Assembly: GCF_009914755.1 (NCBI RefSeq)
Contig: NC_060927.1
Source: the human T2T-CHM13v2.0 reference genome, Homo sapiens
Strand: one strand, 5' to 3'
Length of the DNA stretch: 64,000 nt
Shown: positions 1-19,994 of the stretch, in pieces
Layout: each line of letters opens with the position of its first letter
How positions within the stretch are numbered: the stretch's first letter is position 1
Notes under the pieces: model-generated
What the model saw: the letters and a program-made list of their open reading frames with translations, nothing else
Told to the model about the DNA's origin: nothing
Database searches by the model: none
Made by a program: the position numbers and the translations under genes

Positions 1-161
1 AGACACCCACTACCATGCCCGGCTAATTTTTTTTTTATTTTTAGTAGAGACAGGGTTTCACTGTGTTAGTCAGGATGGTCTTTATCTCCTGACCTTGTGA
101 TCTGCCCGCCTCGGCCTCCCAAAGTGCTGGGATTACAGACGTGAGCCACTGTACCTGGCCC
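1..161 (-). mobile_element. Alu, partial at the window edge
   Basis: Antisense Alu motif cccaaagtgctgggattaca. Confidence 0.9.
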
Positions 162-639
162 AAACATGTGGTTTTTTTAAATGAAAGTGTGTTCATTTTA
201 CAAACAGTGCATTCTTACTAATTTTACAGGCCCTGTGCTAGGGACATGGCCTCGTCTTCCGCTATCTTAGAGTGAAGAAGTAAAGACAGAGAAAGTGTTC
301 ACAAGTTGCTGCACAAGTCTCATTGCAGTGCCTCCCAGAGGCGCGAAGAGCAACACCTTTCACCTGGGCTGTCCTAGAAGGCCCATGGCAGGGTGGGGTT
401 GGTGAACACTGGGGCTTAAGGGGGTGAATTCAGAAGACAAAGGACCTTCTGGGCAAAGAAGGGCCCAGTAGTGGGAAGTGCAGGAGTGTGAGAGTGCCTG
501 GAATTGCCCACTCACTGGCTCTGGAGCTTGGTGCTGAGTGCTTGGGAAGTGTTGGGAGGATCAGTTATATTGCTGGCTGGGTTCTAAAGAACCTCCAAAG
601 TTTACATAAAAGTTACCTTTGATTTGACTGTTCTACCCT

Positions 640-800
640 CCAGTCACGTGGCTAAATTAATTAAATCAAATTTAAAATTAAGCTCAGCCATACCAAGTAT
701 ATCCAGTGTTCAATAGGTACATGTGGCTTGTGGCTGATGCACTGGACAGTGTACATATAAAACATTTCCATCGTTGCAGAAACTTCTATTGAACAGCAGT
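640..800. mobile_element. MER3-like hAT-Charlie MITE
   Basis: aacatttccatcgttgcagaaacttctattgaacagc resembles the MER3 terminus. Confidence 0.6.
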
Positions 801-1163
801 TGTATTAGTCCGTTCTCAACACTGCTGTGAAGAAATACCTGAGACTGGGTAATTTATAAAGGAAAGAGGTTTAATTGATTCCCAGTTCCACAGGGCTGGG
901 GAAGTCTCGGGAAACTTACAATCATGGCAGAAGGGGAAGCAAACATGTCCTTCTTCACATGGAGGCCGCAGCAAGGAGAAGTGCAGAGAGAAGAGGGGGA
1001 AAAGCCCCTTATAAAACCATCAGATCTTGTGAGAACAGCAGCATGGGGGTAACCATTCCCCTGATTCAATTACCTCCCACCAGGTCCCTCCAATGACCTG
1101 TGGGGATTATGGGAACTACAATTTAAGATGAGATTTGGGTGGGGACATAGCCAAGCCACATCA
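801..1163 (-). mobile_element. THE1 (C/D-like) solo LTR, ERVL-MaLR
   Basis: tgtattagtccgttctc...gagatttgggtggggacatagccaagccacatca. Confidence 0.85.
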
Positions 1164-1199
1164 GTGTTGTTACACACCACAGTGGTGCTGTGGTGTGTA

Positions 1200-1722
<523 letters not shown>

Positions 1723-2099
1723 TAGATGGTAGGGTACGGTAGAAGGTGTTCAAGCCAGGAGTAACATGAATGATTGTATTTATGGCCTAAGAGGATAACT
1801 CGTGGTGGTGGGCGGGCCATATTTGTGGAGAGACCCATTTTCAGTGACTTCCAAGAGTCTGCGTGAGAGATGACTGAGGTCTTGCCCTGGCAGGAATGGT
1901 TCCATTAATCTGTGTCTCATTTGACAAATGAGGAACTACAAATGGGAACAGTTTAAGATGAGATTTGGGTGGGGACACAGCCAAACCACATCAGTGGTGC
2001 TAATAGACAGTGGTGCTGTGGTGTGTAGTAGGGAAAACTATGGCCTGTGGGCCAAATTTTGAAGTCCTTTTACTTTTTGGTTCTAAAAATTATTAATTG

Positions 2100-2470
2100 T
2101 AGCCAGAGTTGTTAACTTAATATGTCTTGGACCCCTTGGGCTCTCTGAAGACTGTACTCTTTCTTTCCACTTAATAATATACATGGAATTGCAAAGGAAA
2201 CCAATGATATTGAAATAGATATCAGAAATAAAATTTTTAGATATAGCAATAAATGCACATCTGTATTAAAATGTGTAATAACAAGATCTAACAGTGAGTC
2301 TAAGAACTACTATAATTATCATGTAGCAATGGCATAAAGGATAGTTTGTGCTATCTAAAACAGTCAATGACAGGAGAAAATCTGATTTCTTTGGTGATAA
2401 AACGACAGGTGCTGCTAATACACCTGTGTTTTATGGTCTTCGTTTGTAATGAAAAGAAATGCCATTAATA
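2100..2470. mobile_element. Charlie2-like hAT fragment
   Basis: ataacaagatctaacagtgagtctaagaactactataatt resembles the Charlie2 consensus as I recall it. Confidence 0.45.
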
Positions 2471-2471
2471 A

Positions 2472-3680
<1,209 letters not shown>

Positions 3681-4127
3681 GCAACTTCTATAAATAGCAA
3701 AGTTAGTAATTAGTGAAGATGATGGTTTGCAAGCACTGAATTATACTTCTATTAATTTCATTTCCTTTCAATTTTCTAATGTTTTGTGCCCAATCTGTCC
3801 TGTCTGCCTCTACCTAGCTTTAGAAGTGTTTTGTTGGTTCCTGAGATGGAGCTGTGCCTGAAGGGTATGAGGTTACCCTCTGGGTTCAGCGGGGAGATTT
3901 GGGAAGAGTTTTGATTTGTAGGCCAGTAAAGGGGCCTGACATTAGATGATGGCTGCTGGGCTAGGGAACAACTTAGAGGCAGCTAACAGGATTCAGGGAG
4001 AGTGGATTTGGTGGGAGAGAGTAGTCTAGGATGAATCCAATTGGGTTTTTATGAGTAGTTTGGTAGTTGGTTGACTGGGTGGGTGGTCCCTTGGTAATTA
4101 TTTGTTGATTAGTGGTTGTTGGGTTAG

Positions 4128-4489
<362 letters not shown>

Positions 4490-6319
4490 GTTGAGTGGAT
4501 TTTTTTAGCACTCAAGCTTCGTGGCTCATTGCTATTATTGTGCATGTGAGCGTTTTATCTTTCAGTAGCATTAGGGATGCTACTTGGATGTGTTTTAGTT
4601 ATTACAGAAATAGTTTTTACTAACTTTTACTAAGTTATCTTTCCTCTCCTGTGTAGGAAGTTTAGAGTGAAGCGGCAGTTGGCTGGAGGTTCTGAAGGTT
4701 TCCCCCTTTCACATAATTTGATGTTCCAGTTGCCCACATCAGGACGACTCCCTCTCTTTCTACTGATGTAAGCAGTGGGCCAAATTATGGGGCTCCATCC
4801 CTGCATCTTCCTACTTGTCTAAATCTTCGTCACAGACAACATATTGCTCTAAAGGAAACCTAGAAAGGAGGAGAAGCTGGTTTTCGCCCAAATTCCTCAA
4901 AATCATCGCCTGTTGTTTAAGAATTACAGTTTGCACTGGAACAATAAGATGTTCCTTAATGTGGTTTTTAAGTGAGTTGGTTGTCGCCTGAATTTCATAA
5001 ACACTGGCTAAGGATTGTGCAAAAGGGTGTGCTTCCCTTTAGCATCCTTAATTAGGGACAGCGTTTTGAAAACTGCTTTTTATTGTCCTTTATCTGCAAA
5101 ACTTCTTGAATCCAAATAGCGAGATTCTCATTTCTTAATCACTGCCACAGAAAGTTGTAGATTAGAGAAAGCTCCAATTCCTTATTTCCTGTCTTCCTTT
5201 CTTTCTGTGTGTTTATTGCCTGTGTCTCATCCTCACTCCTGCCAGTTTTATAGAATGTAACCTCCCAGCCTCTGGGAATGTTTGGGAGACTTGTTCATAG
5301 AGGATCTGAAGAGCAGTTTAAAGTGGACTTACCCAAACTATCTTCTGGAGAACATTAGTCTCTTTGGAGATAAAATTTTTAAACATCCGCTAGTCCAATA
5401 GTGTTGGCAAATTCCCTGTGACACTGTAGCCCTCTCTTTGAGATTGTCAATGTACGTTGGCATGTTAAAGGCTCTGAGAAGTCCTGCAGCAGTTAAAAAA
5501 TTGTTTAGTCTAGTGTGCCCCCAGTTGTTTGGCCACTGAAACCCCCTTTTCTGGAAAAACCAGCTAACATCTGGTAGTCTTTTCTAAGAGGTGGTACTGA
5601 AGATGATACTCATGTTACACATTTAAAAATTCTAACATGTGTTTTTCATGTGTTTATAAAATGCAACTAATGTATCAAACCTGTGATTTCCAGGACATAA
5701 TTACTTAAGCTAAGGAAAAAAGAAAACATGAGTGAAGGAAAAACTTTAGTAAATAGGCCAGGTGGTAAGAGGAGAGAGCCTTGTCTGTGAGTGTGGTCTA
5801 GGGGGATGCTGGACCTAGCTTTTCAGAGCTAGGTTCAGGCAGAGCTGCTCTGAGATGTAGACACTGCAGCTGGGGTTCTTGTTGAGCCGGGAAGCAGCTT
5901 CTGACTAAGGTGCAGACTGTTTAGATGAGCTGGTCATAAAGAGCCCTGACTGTGGACTGCGTCTCCAGCCACGGCAGCAGCTGGTGGATGGGGTGATGCC
6001 TTGGATATTTATCGTGTGTTTCTTGCCTGGCCTGCCCTTGGACAGTGCGCCTCAGGAATGTTAGAATGTGTTCCCCCTTTAGCAGCAAAGCCGATCTGCT
6101 GTGTACTTGTTCTGTTTATCTTACTGCCACGACCGTTTATCACGGGCCAGAGTTCAGGGGCACACTGATAAATCTCTTTTAGGAGGATGATGTAACCCTC
6201 AGCATTTTCCCCCTACTTGGTTCTGAGTTTTTAAAGCTTTTGTAACACCATCATGTCCTTGTTTGGGCATCTTCCTGTGTACTCCCGTTTGGGTCTCCAG
6301 GGTGAAATAGCCAACAGTG

Positions 6320-6470
6320 GATTCTGGAGTCATGGCCTGGGTTCAAATTCCTGCTCTGCTGCTTATCAACTCTGACTTTGGGTTTAATTGACCTATTCAT
6401 TATTTTTCTTAATCTGGAAAATGGAGCCAACAGCAGTTCCTCATAAAGCAGCTGTAAGGATTCAGGGGGG
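6320..6470 (+). mobile_element. MIR
   Basis: cctgggttcaaattcctgctctgc...atctggaaaatgg core. Confidence 0.6.
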
Positions 6471-6634
6471 TAACTGCACAGGGCCAAGCCCTCAGGTTTC
6501 ACCTCTCACTGGGAGGTCGGACCTCTGCATAATGGACAAGCTCTCCTAGGGTGCAAGTGAACGGGGGCGCAAGGGAGTTAGGAAGGTGGGTGTTTTTTGT
6601 TTTTGTTTTTTGGTGGCTTGAAAAACATGCCCAA

Positions 6635-7230
6635 GGCTGGGTGTGGTGGCTCATGCCTGTAATTCCAGCACTTTGGAAGGCAGAGGCGGGAGCATTGTTT
6701 GAGCCCGGGAGTTTGAGATCAGCCTGGGCAACATGGTGAGACCCTGTCTCTCTTTTTTTTTTTTTTTTTTTGAGATGGAGTCTCGCTCTGTTGCCCAGAC
6801 TGGAGTGCAGTGGCGCAATCTCAGCTCACTGCAACCTTCACCCCCAGGTTCAAGTGATTCTCCTGCCTCAGCCTCCCAAGTAGCTGGGATTACAGGCGTG
6901 TGCCATTGTGCCCAGCTAATTTTTGTGCTTTTAGTAGAGATGGGGTTTTGTCATGTTGGCCAGGCTGGTCTCGAACTCCTGATCACAGGTGACCCATCCA
7001 CCTTGGCCTCCCAAAGTGCTAGGATTATAGGCGTGAGCTACTGTGCCTGGCTGACCCAAAAAATTAGCTGGGCGTGGTGGCACACACCCCTGTAGTCCCA
7101 GCTACTTGTGAGGCTGGGGCAGGAGGATTGCTTGAGGCCAGCCTGGGCAACAGAGCAAGACCTTGTCTCAAAAAAAAAAAAAAAAAAAAAAAAAAAGAAA
7201 GAAAGAAAAGAAAAGAAAAGAAAAGAAAAA
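6635..7230 (+). mobile_element. AluJ-like (+) with a complete antisense Alu (6753-7051) inserted in its linker
   Basis: Outer TSD GAAAAACATGCCCAA at 6620-6634 and 7225-7239; (GAAAA)n tail. Confidence 0.9.
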
Positions 7231-7841
7231 CATGCCCAAAGGCAACCAAATGACTCCATCTTTTGCAATGTAATCTTCAACATCGACTCCTCTGGCAAGC
7301 TGTTTGGAAATGGCAAAGTCCATCTCCTGAGGCTGGGAGATTGCTTGTCCAGGACGGGTGTGTCTGGTGAGGAATGGAAGGCATTTGGATGGCCACTGAG
7401 AAAGCTGAGCCAAGGAGCATCAGAAAGACAATCAGGCAAACCCACAGAGTCTCCAGGTATTCCTTTGCTGATAGGTAACATTGCACTAGCGATTTAAACA
7501 AACAGGTGAAAGGCCATTGCCCTACCACCCCACCTCACCTCTATTCCTTGCTGCTCTTTCCAGAAGCAACTGCATGGTCTGGGAACAGTTTTTTGTCTTG
7601 TCAAGAGACAGTCTGTACATAGATGAATTCAATTATATTACTTCTGTAGTACCCTGTACTCAAATTTGAACCTGCCATACACATTGCTTTTATCATTTCA
7701 TAATACCTGTTGATTTTCCCACGTTAGTACCTATAGATCCTGACAAGCAATTTTGTTAAGATGAAGAGTTCTTCATATGTATTGTACTATGTTTCTTTTT
7801 TTGATGATGTATGTCAAGATTTATTATAAAAGTAACAGATG

Positions 7842-8565
<724 letters not shown>

Positions 8566-10547
8566 TTAGTTTTCTTCCTAGAAGGAGCCAGTGAGGACAG
8601 TTTGGTGTTTATGCTTCCAGATCTTTCTGTTCAGATGCAGTCATGACTTCTGAAAAACAGGATTGTACAATTCATACTTTTCTACAAATTATCCCCTTCC
8701 CTTAATACATCATAGAAGCCTATTCATATTGGAACAAACAAACATTTCTTATTCTTTTCACAGCACCCTGTTTTCCTCTTGCTTGAATGTAAAGTTTATT
8801 TAACCACTTACTGTCAGGGAGGCATTTGTTTTCAGTTCTCCCTCCCTCCCCCCACCAGTTGTCTTGTAATGAACTGCTTTAATGGCTAAAGATCACTTTA
8901 ATATCAAAACCTCCCCCACCTCCCATTAGAAAAAGAAATCATGTTAGGGAACTTCAAATTGAATTTACGGACCTTGTGTTTAATTTTCTATCAGCAGTGG
9001 CCCCAGCCTGGCCCCTGCAGACTGCCCCGGAATCTGTGGGAGGAGTTGGGGTGGCCTGCAGACTAGAGCACACTGCCAGTTCATTCAGCAGCTCACCGAG
9101 CAAGAAACATCTTGATTCTATCAGCCTTAATGCTGTGTCCCATTAGGGACCCAGCTCTTGTGGTCATTAGCAGATGGAATGCTCATCTGTGCTAGAAGGC
9201 GGAATTCTAGGGCATTCGGCTCTGAGCAGTCTTGAACCAGAATTGAATGGCTTGAATCCTTTTCACAATGCCAACGGGGAGGCACCCTTAGCTCCCAAAC
9301 TTGTGTGTGTTATAATACTATGGTAGTAATAACAGTGGTTGTAGTAGCCCCCGTGAATTTGATGGGACAGTCGTCAGGCAGTGCTGCTTGCTTGCTTTAC
9401 TCCATCGTATCACCGCAGCCTGATGAGGCGAGGGAGTTACGACTCTCATTTTGCAGGTGAGGACACTGAGCACAGGGAATCGACCCACTCATGGTCACAC
9501 AGCTTGCCAAGTCGCTGTGCTTGGGAGGTGAACCAGGCTTCTCTGACGCCCCAGCAGGACGTCTGAACTTCTAGCTGCCCCATCACTAACTGACTTAATG
9601 CCCCTGACTCCTGGGTGACTTGGCCACCAGTTACTTCAGCCAGCGACCTGCCCTTTCTTTGAGTGGGTTCCACCCATCCCTGCACCATGCCTTTTACTTT
9701 GGATGTTGGTGGCATGGAATTCCACCCGTAAGAAGGAGGTCGGTCCCTGGGCTGAGAGAGTTTGCAGAGAGCTCTGTTGGGATTGGGTGGGACGTGTGTT
9801 TGGAGGCCTCCTCACATAATTGTGGGCTGAAAGGTCCAGATTTGGGGATATAAAGTTGAGCCGTCAGCTGAGCTAAAGACAGGGCACAGGGAGGAGCCAT
9901 CCAGAAAGTGTCAGTGTAGGTAAAGCAGGCAGAGTTCCCCCTATCTGTCCTCTGAGGGCCTCCTTTCTTGTGGTTTCCTCCCTTTTCTGTGGTGATGGTC
10001 AGAGCCAGCGGTTATAAATTATTTGGAATTTTCCTCAGCTTGGTTCCTACTCAAGACTTTAAATTAGGAGTTTTGTTCCCTTTTATGACTTCACAATCTT
10101 TGGGCAGGCTGCCATCTCTACAGCAGGCTAATATGAGTTGTAACTTGAGGTGAGTTACAGGGGAAAAATGGAAGCTGATTTCTCCCCTTTTAAACCAAGG
10201 AAGCCACCTTGATCTGACTTTGTAACAAAGCTCAACTTTTGTAAGTTTGCAATTAAAGGATAAATACCTATCCTATTTATTATTATTATTAACTTTTTAT
10301 TATAAAAGAGGAAAAAACTCCCAGGAAACATAGCCTAATATGAGGGACAAAAAGCCAAAAGGTTTTTTTTTTCTTCCTTTAAAAGGTCCTCAATGTCTTG
10401 CCCTGTGGAGACACCAGTTTTCATTATAATAACGCCATTATCTCTTTGTAGAGTCATTTCAAGCCAATTTAACTTTCTCATTTAAAAGTATAATTGGTAT
10501 TCAGCACAGAGCTGGGAGCTCAGTAGGCAGTTAGAAAATATGTGTAT

Positions 10548-10860
<313 letters not shown>

Positions 10861-11127
10861 CAGTTAGGAAATATTTATTGAATATGAGAAAAGAAAAATA
10901 GAGCAAATTGAATCTTCAAGTAGTATGTGAGTAATTCTAATTCCTGTTTTCTGGAAAACACACAGGCTGATAGGTTTGGGTAAATAAGAGCAGAGCTGCA
11001 TCTTCTCTCAAGTTCCCTGATTCCCTCAAGGAGTTACCTGAGAATAGCTCTGTGCCAAGCAGTGCGGCATGCATAGGGGACCTCTTGAATGGAGGGACAG
11101 TCCATTATCATTAGAATCCCCAGTTCC

Positions 11128-11490
<363 letters not shown>

Positions 11491-12573
11491 TCATGGCTGA
11501 GACAAGGGGACTGTGCTCTGTGTGCTTCTGTGCCCTGTGTTTATATGGTTCATACGCTGCCTGTCCACCATGTTTTTCCCGAGAGCCTCGGCAGCGCAGG
11601 CATCATGGGAATGACTGGGTCAGGTGGAAATTCAGAGGCCCTGCCCTGGTGGGCAGAGAAGCCTGGCTTACCTCCCAAGCACAGCATGTGTGTGGATCAC
11701 TTCTGTGCACTGTCTCCTCATCTCCAAAATGGGAGTCATAACTGAACTCACCTCATCAAGTTGTTATGAGATGATGTAGATTCAGCGAAGTAGCAAGAGT
11801 AGGAGTTTGGGCTTTGATAACAGAGAGAAGTGAGTTTCCATCTAGATTCTCCCCCTGTGTCACTTTTGGCAGTTGGCTTCACCTCTGTGGGCCTCTGTTA
11901 TGTCATCTGTAAAATGGGATTAACCCTAAAAGCCACCCTCACAGGGTCATTGTGAGGATTGCACAAGGTGATGCAAGTGGCACAGGGTCTGGCCCAGGAG
12001 AGGGGGCTGGAAGAGAGCGAGCTGCCATTGTATTTTGGTTGCTGTGGATCTAAGGAGAAGAGATGTTTAGGAGTCTTTCCCTGGCATGGTTCCTCCTGCC
12101 TTCACCCATCACTCTTTTCCTCGAGGGATTCCCTGTGGGGTGCACAGCCCCAGGGTGGGCCAGACTGAGCTCACAGGAGCATGGGCTGTGTTTCAGGTGA
12201 GGTGGCCTCACCACATGACAAACTGAGCTGGAGTCAAAGGGTCACGAGGACCTCCATTCACAGCCAGCATTTATTATTTCAGCTGGAAATGTTTGCCGAG
12301 CAGTTGTAGCTGGAAGCTGTGAGCGAGACACAGACTGCCATCAGGCTGAGGCCTCCAGAGCTCATGCTGGGCTTTAACCTGAGCCTCTTGGGGGCTGGGC
12401 TCTGAGCTCCTCCACTTCTGCTCATGCCCAGGCGTCCTTGGGGGCCTTGAACTGTCAGTTGTCCAGGAGAACTGTGTGGCAGCAACAGAATGAGTTTGTA
12501 TAGCAACCTGTTGCTTTGAGGTTTAAAACTTAGTTTAGAACGCAATTGCTTTGACCATTTTGGAGTGTCTATA

Positions 12574-12913
12574 CTTTTTTTCTTCTTCTTTAAGTTTTCT
12601 TTTTTCTTTTTTTCTTTTTTTTTTTTTTGAGACAGAGTTTTGCTCTTGTTGCCCAGTGGCAACAAGAGTGCAATGGCGAAATCTCGGCTCACCACAACCT
12701 CTACCTCCTGGGTTCAAGCTATTCTCCTGCCTCGGCCTTCTGAGTAGCTGGGATTACAGGCGCCCGCCACCATGCCTGACCAATTTTTGTATTTTTAGTA
12801 GAGACGGGTTTCACCGTGTTCACCAGGCTGGTCTCGAACTCCTGACCTCAGGTGATTCATCTGCCTTGGCCTCCCAAAATGCTGGGATTACAGGCATAAG
12901 CCATCAAGCCCTG
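12574..12913 (-). mobile_element. Alu
   Basis: T-rich tail then antisense body. Confidence 0.9.
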
Positions 12914-13896
12914 CTTTTTTGTTTCCCTTCTTCGACCTTTCTAACAAGAGGTTGGAATCCTCGTTTTGACTTTTAAAGGATTTCCCAGTGCTAGAAAGTG
13001 GTAAGATAGTTACTGTATCCTAGGCCCTTTAGCAGACCTGTCTCATTGATCATTTATTTAGTCCAGTGTGGCTTTGTTGTTGGATATTAAGTAATTCTCA
13101 AAATTTTACCTTTTCAAAAGTGGCATTGAAAATAAAGGCATTGGGTGATGAAAATGGAACTTTTAAATACAGTGATTCCTGTTAACCAGAAATAGGGTGT
13201 TTGGGATAATTTATGAAGCAGTACACCATCATAGATACTATGAGCTGAAAGTTCACCAAACTCTCTATCCCAAAATAACAATAAGGTATTTATGAAGTGA
13301 TTCATTCCAACTATTTGAGGCAAAAATTGTCCAGCAAGTGAGAGAGAACAGAAGGAATAGTTGGCAAAATAGGGAATTTGAAGTCTGAGGTTATGCATAA
13401 GGAATGTGTTATGGGCCTATAGTAGAAATCTCAAATCAGGGATTAGGGAATGTTTACTCAGTTCTGTTGCAGAGAAATCCTGGCCACGACTCCCCCATGC
13501 CATGCCCAGGGCAGGCATTGCTAATCTTCACTGCCTCCATTCTCCATGCCCTGTTCACGGAAGACATTTCTAATGCATTTTAGCAGTCTTTTTTTTTTTG
13601 CTGAATCCAGATGTGGCCTCAGAATCCTTCTCAACACAGTGTACTAGCACCACTTGGTGCTCCTGATCTACTGTATCATCTCTTGAAAAACTACTAACAT
13701 AAAAAGACCTGCCAAGTCAACTTTATATTAACTGAACCCTTGACACAGTGATGGATAAAAATTAATTCAAACAGCTTCTTTGTGATCTTTGAGTAGTTCA
13801 TGAGCAAGAAAGAGAATTGGAAATCCAGCCAACTTCGGCCGCCTTGTCTACTTGTATTTTACTGTGGTTTATGTTTTCTCTTACCAATTGAGATAG

Positions 13897-14269
<373 letters not shown>

Positions 14270-15164
14270 AGAGGTTTTCTTAAAAACAATAACAACAAAA
14301 ACAGTTGTGGAAAGCATGTAGAGTGTGGGTTTTTTCGGTCTTCAGGTTGGCAGGGCATCTGATACTGGGACCCAGGTTCCTTCCCTCACCTTGCTGTGCC
14401 TCTCCTAGTGCAGGCCAAAGCCAGGTGACTGCGCTGTCTGGGCTCCTGGCTGGCAATCGGGGAAAGAGTGCATGGAGCAGGCATGCCCACTGTTCAGGTC
14501 CTGAAGCCGTGGCTCATTTCATATCATTTGTTGCTTATTTGAAAGACAGGCACAGCACTGACTTCCAGGGGAGGCTGACTGACCATCTAGGTGGAAGTTG
14601 CATGCCTGGGAGGGAGAAGGGGACAAAGGCCACAGATAGGCATCAGTTATCAGGGCCTTAAGTCTGCCTTGTTGGCATGCAGCCTTTTATTGGATCAAGG
14701 CCCTGGAGAAAAGCCCTGAGCAGGAGGAGATAAGCCAGCTTGGTCCCCTTCATCCTACCCAGGGGCCTCTGGGGTACCTGAGCCAAAGTGCACAGTTCAT
14801 TGGCTGTGTGGATGGAAGGGATATGGGACTTGAAAATGGGACACTGGTCCTGGGCAGCTGACCGACATGGTCCTCCTTAACCTGCTGTCTGGGGAGATGG
14901 GTTGCATCTGGCTAGGTTTTGACTGAGGAACTGAGGAGAGCTGTCAGCTGTCCCCGCTTTGGTTCAGAATGCCCTTTTGTTTGGACAGCTGAAGCCTACA
15001 ATTCAGCCATGGTTTGTTTGGGCTCAGAAAACAGGCAAGGATGGAGAGAAACTGCAAAGCTGACCTGGGCTGTCAGTGGGCACCAGGTCCTGCTGGCCTG
15101 GGGTCTGGATGCAGGAGATCTGAGCTCTTCAATGTGGGGTGGTCTTGCAGCAGCTCTTCACAGG

Positions 15165-15182
15165 CTGCTGCTGCTGCTGCTG
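15165..15182. repeat. (CTG)6 microsatellite
   Basis: ctgctgctgctgctgctg. Confidence 0.85.
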
Positions 15183-15337
15183 TAGGCTCACCCAAGCAGC
15201 CAAGACGGACAGGATCTATTCTAGTTTTGTGCAGAGTTGGATATAGAAGAGGCATTAGAGGGAGAGGGGATGGGGAAGGAGTTCCAGGCCAGGTGAGCAT
15301 GGGGCACAGTAAACTGGGATGTTAAGGAGGGGCCAGT

Positions 15338-15548
15338 TTGTGACCAGCCTGGGCAACATGGCGGAACCCTGTCTCTATAAAAAATTAAATTAGCCAGGTG
15401 GGTGGCATGTGCCTGTAGTCCTAGCTACCCAGGAGGCTGAGGTGGAAGGATCGCTTGAGCCCAGGAGGCGGATGTTGCAGTGAGCAGAGATTGTACCATT
15501 GTATTCTAGCCTGGATGACCGAGACCCTGTCTTTAAAAAAAAAAAAAA
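15338..15548 (+). mobile_element. 5'-truncated AluJ-like
   Basis: TSD AAGGAGGGGCCAG on both sides. Confidence 0.88.
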
Positions 15549-15627
15549 AGGAGGGGCCAGACCCCTGACCCATATGTGCTGCTCTTTTCTTTCAGGGAGG
15601 TCTGATAAAATATCAGTAGTTCAATTC

Positions 15628-18004
<2,377 letters not shown>

Positions 18005-18014
18005 TGACTCAGCA
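18005..18014 (+). promoter_or_regulatory. AP-1/NF-E2 (ARE) motif TGACTCAGCA
   Basis: Exact consensus in non-repeat intron 1 sequence; motif only. Confidence 0.3.
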
Positions 18015-19537
18015 GCTACCTGCATTGTGGCCAAAGGATGACCTATTCCTTCTCAGGAGGGCAAAAATGTGGAATAGTGTCTGTCCATGCCTCTCCTCAT
18101 GGGCTACCACCTCTGCCACCGTGGTTAATCAGTAACAACCAGGAGAGAAGCTGCTGGAACTGACCTCTGGGAACTCCCTGGATGGTTTGGTGCAGGAATG
18201 TAGTAGGCATACACGTGGTTGCGTGGATCTGGGCCCTCCTGATGTGAGTAGAGAGGTAAAAGGCCACCATCTCCTTGACCTCTGGGGAACTCATCCACAA
18301 AGAAGATGTTTCCAAGATGCTTCTGAAGATTGCCTAAAAATAGCCTGTTTCCACCCCCGTGAATGCATCCATTCTAGAATGCTCCTTCACCAGACCAGAG
18401 AACTGATTTACAGAAGTGACATGAAAACATTCCATCCCAGAATTTGCAGTAGCTCAAATTAAGTTTCTAGCTATTAAAAAGAAAAGAAAACAAAACTAAA
18501 CAAAACACACCCACCCTGCTCACTTAGAAGCAACACTGAGTAATTTTAAGTAGTTCGAGAAAATGTATGTGGTTTGAGGGTCAGGGTTGTCCAGAGCCAA
18601 GACCAGTTATGTGGGAATTGTTATTGGCTGGATTTGGGGAGGAGAAACCCATGGCCCAATTCCAACCCACTGAAATCTAAGCAGATTCTAGGTGGTTAGG
18701 CGGACCTGGTAGGCGTTGGTTTATTTTATTCCCGAAAAAGGCCCTGGAGCAAGTCTTCACATGGAATCCTGCTGAAAGGCTTCCGGCTCATCTGGCCTTT
18801 TCCTCCTCTTAAGGTTCTGCTCCATGTTTTACCCTCGGCGTAAACATTGCAGAGCACGTTCAGATCTGAAAAGTGTCTCATCTACGTGATGGTCAGACGT
18901 TGTTGACCCTGTGATGCTGTGTAACATTTCATTTTCGAGGCTTGGGGAGTCTCCTATTTCATGTGGATGGGAACCTGGAGGTCTTTGGGCAAGTCGCCAT
19001 CTTTTTATTGTTCCAAGAGTTTGGTGAAGCGTTTGAACCTTCACCTGTCAAAATCAGTTTTGGAATGAGAACTGCTCTCTCTCTAGTCCTTATAATAGCA
19101 GAAGGAAGGTATCATTTATCCCAATGAGACCATAAAGGGGGCTTTCCCGTGTGGACACCCACCTTGAATTCAATTGGAAACAGAAATTCTGGGCATTGTA
19201 TTTTTTGTAAATTTGGCTCAGACTTCAACTGGATCATATTTCCCCCAAAATCTTTTCGAAAAAGACTTGTGTCTCATTCCTTTAGACTAGCATGTGTAAG
19301 CTGGGTAAAAATAGAGCAAGCCGATTTCATGTTAATGATTTCATGTTAGGTTTGTGAATCAAATCTGCAAGTCTGCTTTTGAAAAGCATTTAACATATAA
19401 CTTGGGAAAGTTTGAGTTTTGCAGACTAATGCCTGTGGCCGGATGAGACTTCATAGCTCCATCCAATCCCTCCTGGTGCAAGAGATCAATGCCTTGAGGG
19501 TGCCTGGCCACCACCATTACCCTGACAGTATACCCAC

Positions 19538-19540
19538 TAT

Positions 19541-19575
<35 letters not shown>

Positions 19576-19585
19576 CTTATTTATT
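19538..19585. repeat. (ATTT)n microsatellite
   Basis: Direct tandem repeat. Confidence 0.9.
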
Positions 19586-19994
19586 GTTTACCCTTTTGAA
19601 GATTGCTCTTCTCCCTTTAACTTAAAGGAATTGGCATGGAAACTTGTTTGATCTGGAATTTCTGATAATCAGTAGGTAGTAACTCCGTAATCAATAGCAC
19701 TTCAAAACAACAACCAAATAACAGGATAACTAATCCAAAAAATTCAGTCATGGTCAAGGACTTCCAGCTCAGGAAATGTCTGGTCCCGTGGGGTGGATTC
19801 CTTGGATAACCAAGTTCCGTGCAGGGCCTGGAGTTTTATGCAGACCATTGCTCCTTGATTGACCACAGGACCTCAAAAGGAGGGCTGGCTTCATGACCAC
19901 ATGACCCGTGTGCTCAGAAGGGCCCTGTACTTGGTTTATTGCTCTGCTGTTGCTGTCTTGAAGTTCTTAATTTTTTTTTTTTTTTTGGCACTGG

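Noticed and set aside
18470-18510. ATTAAA plus an A-rich tract as a retrocopy tail
   Set aside because: I found no TSD or recognisable parent gene, and the tract is also a likely internal-priming site.
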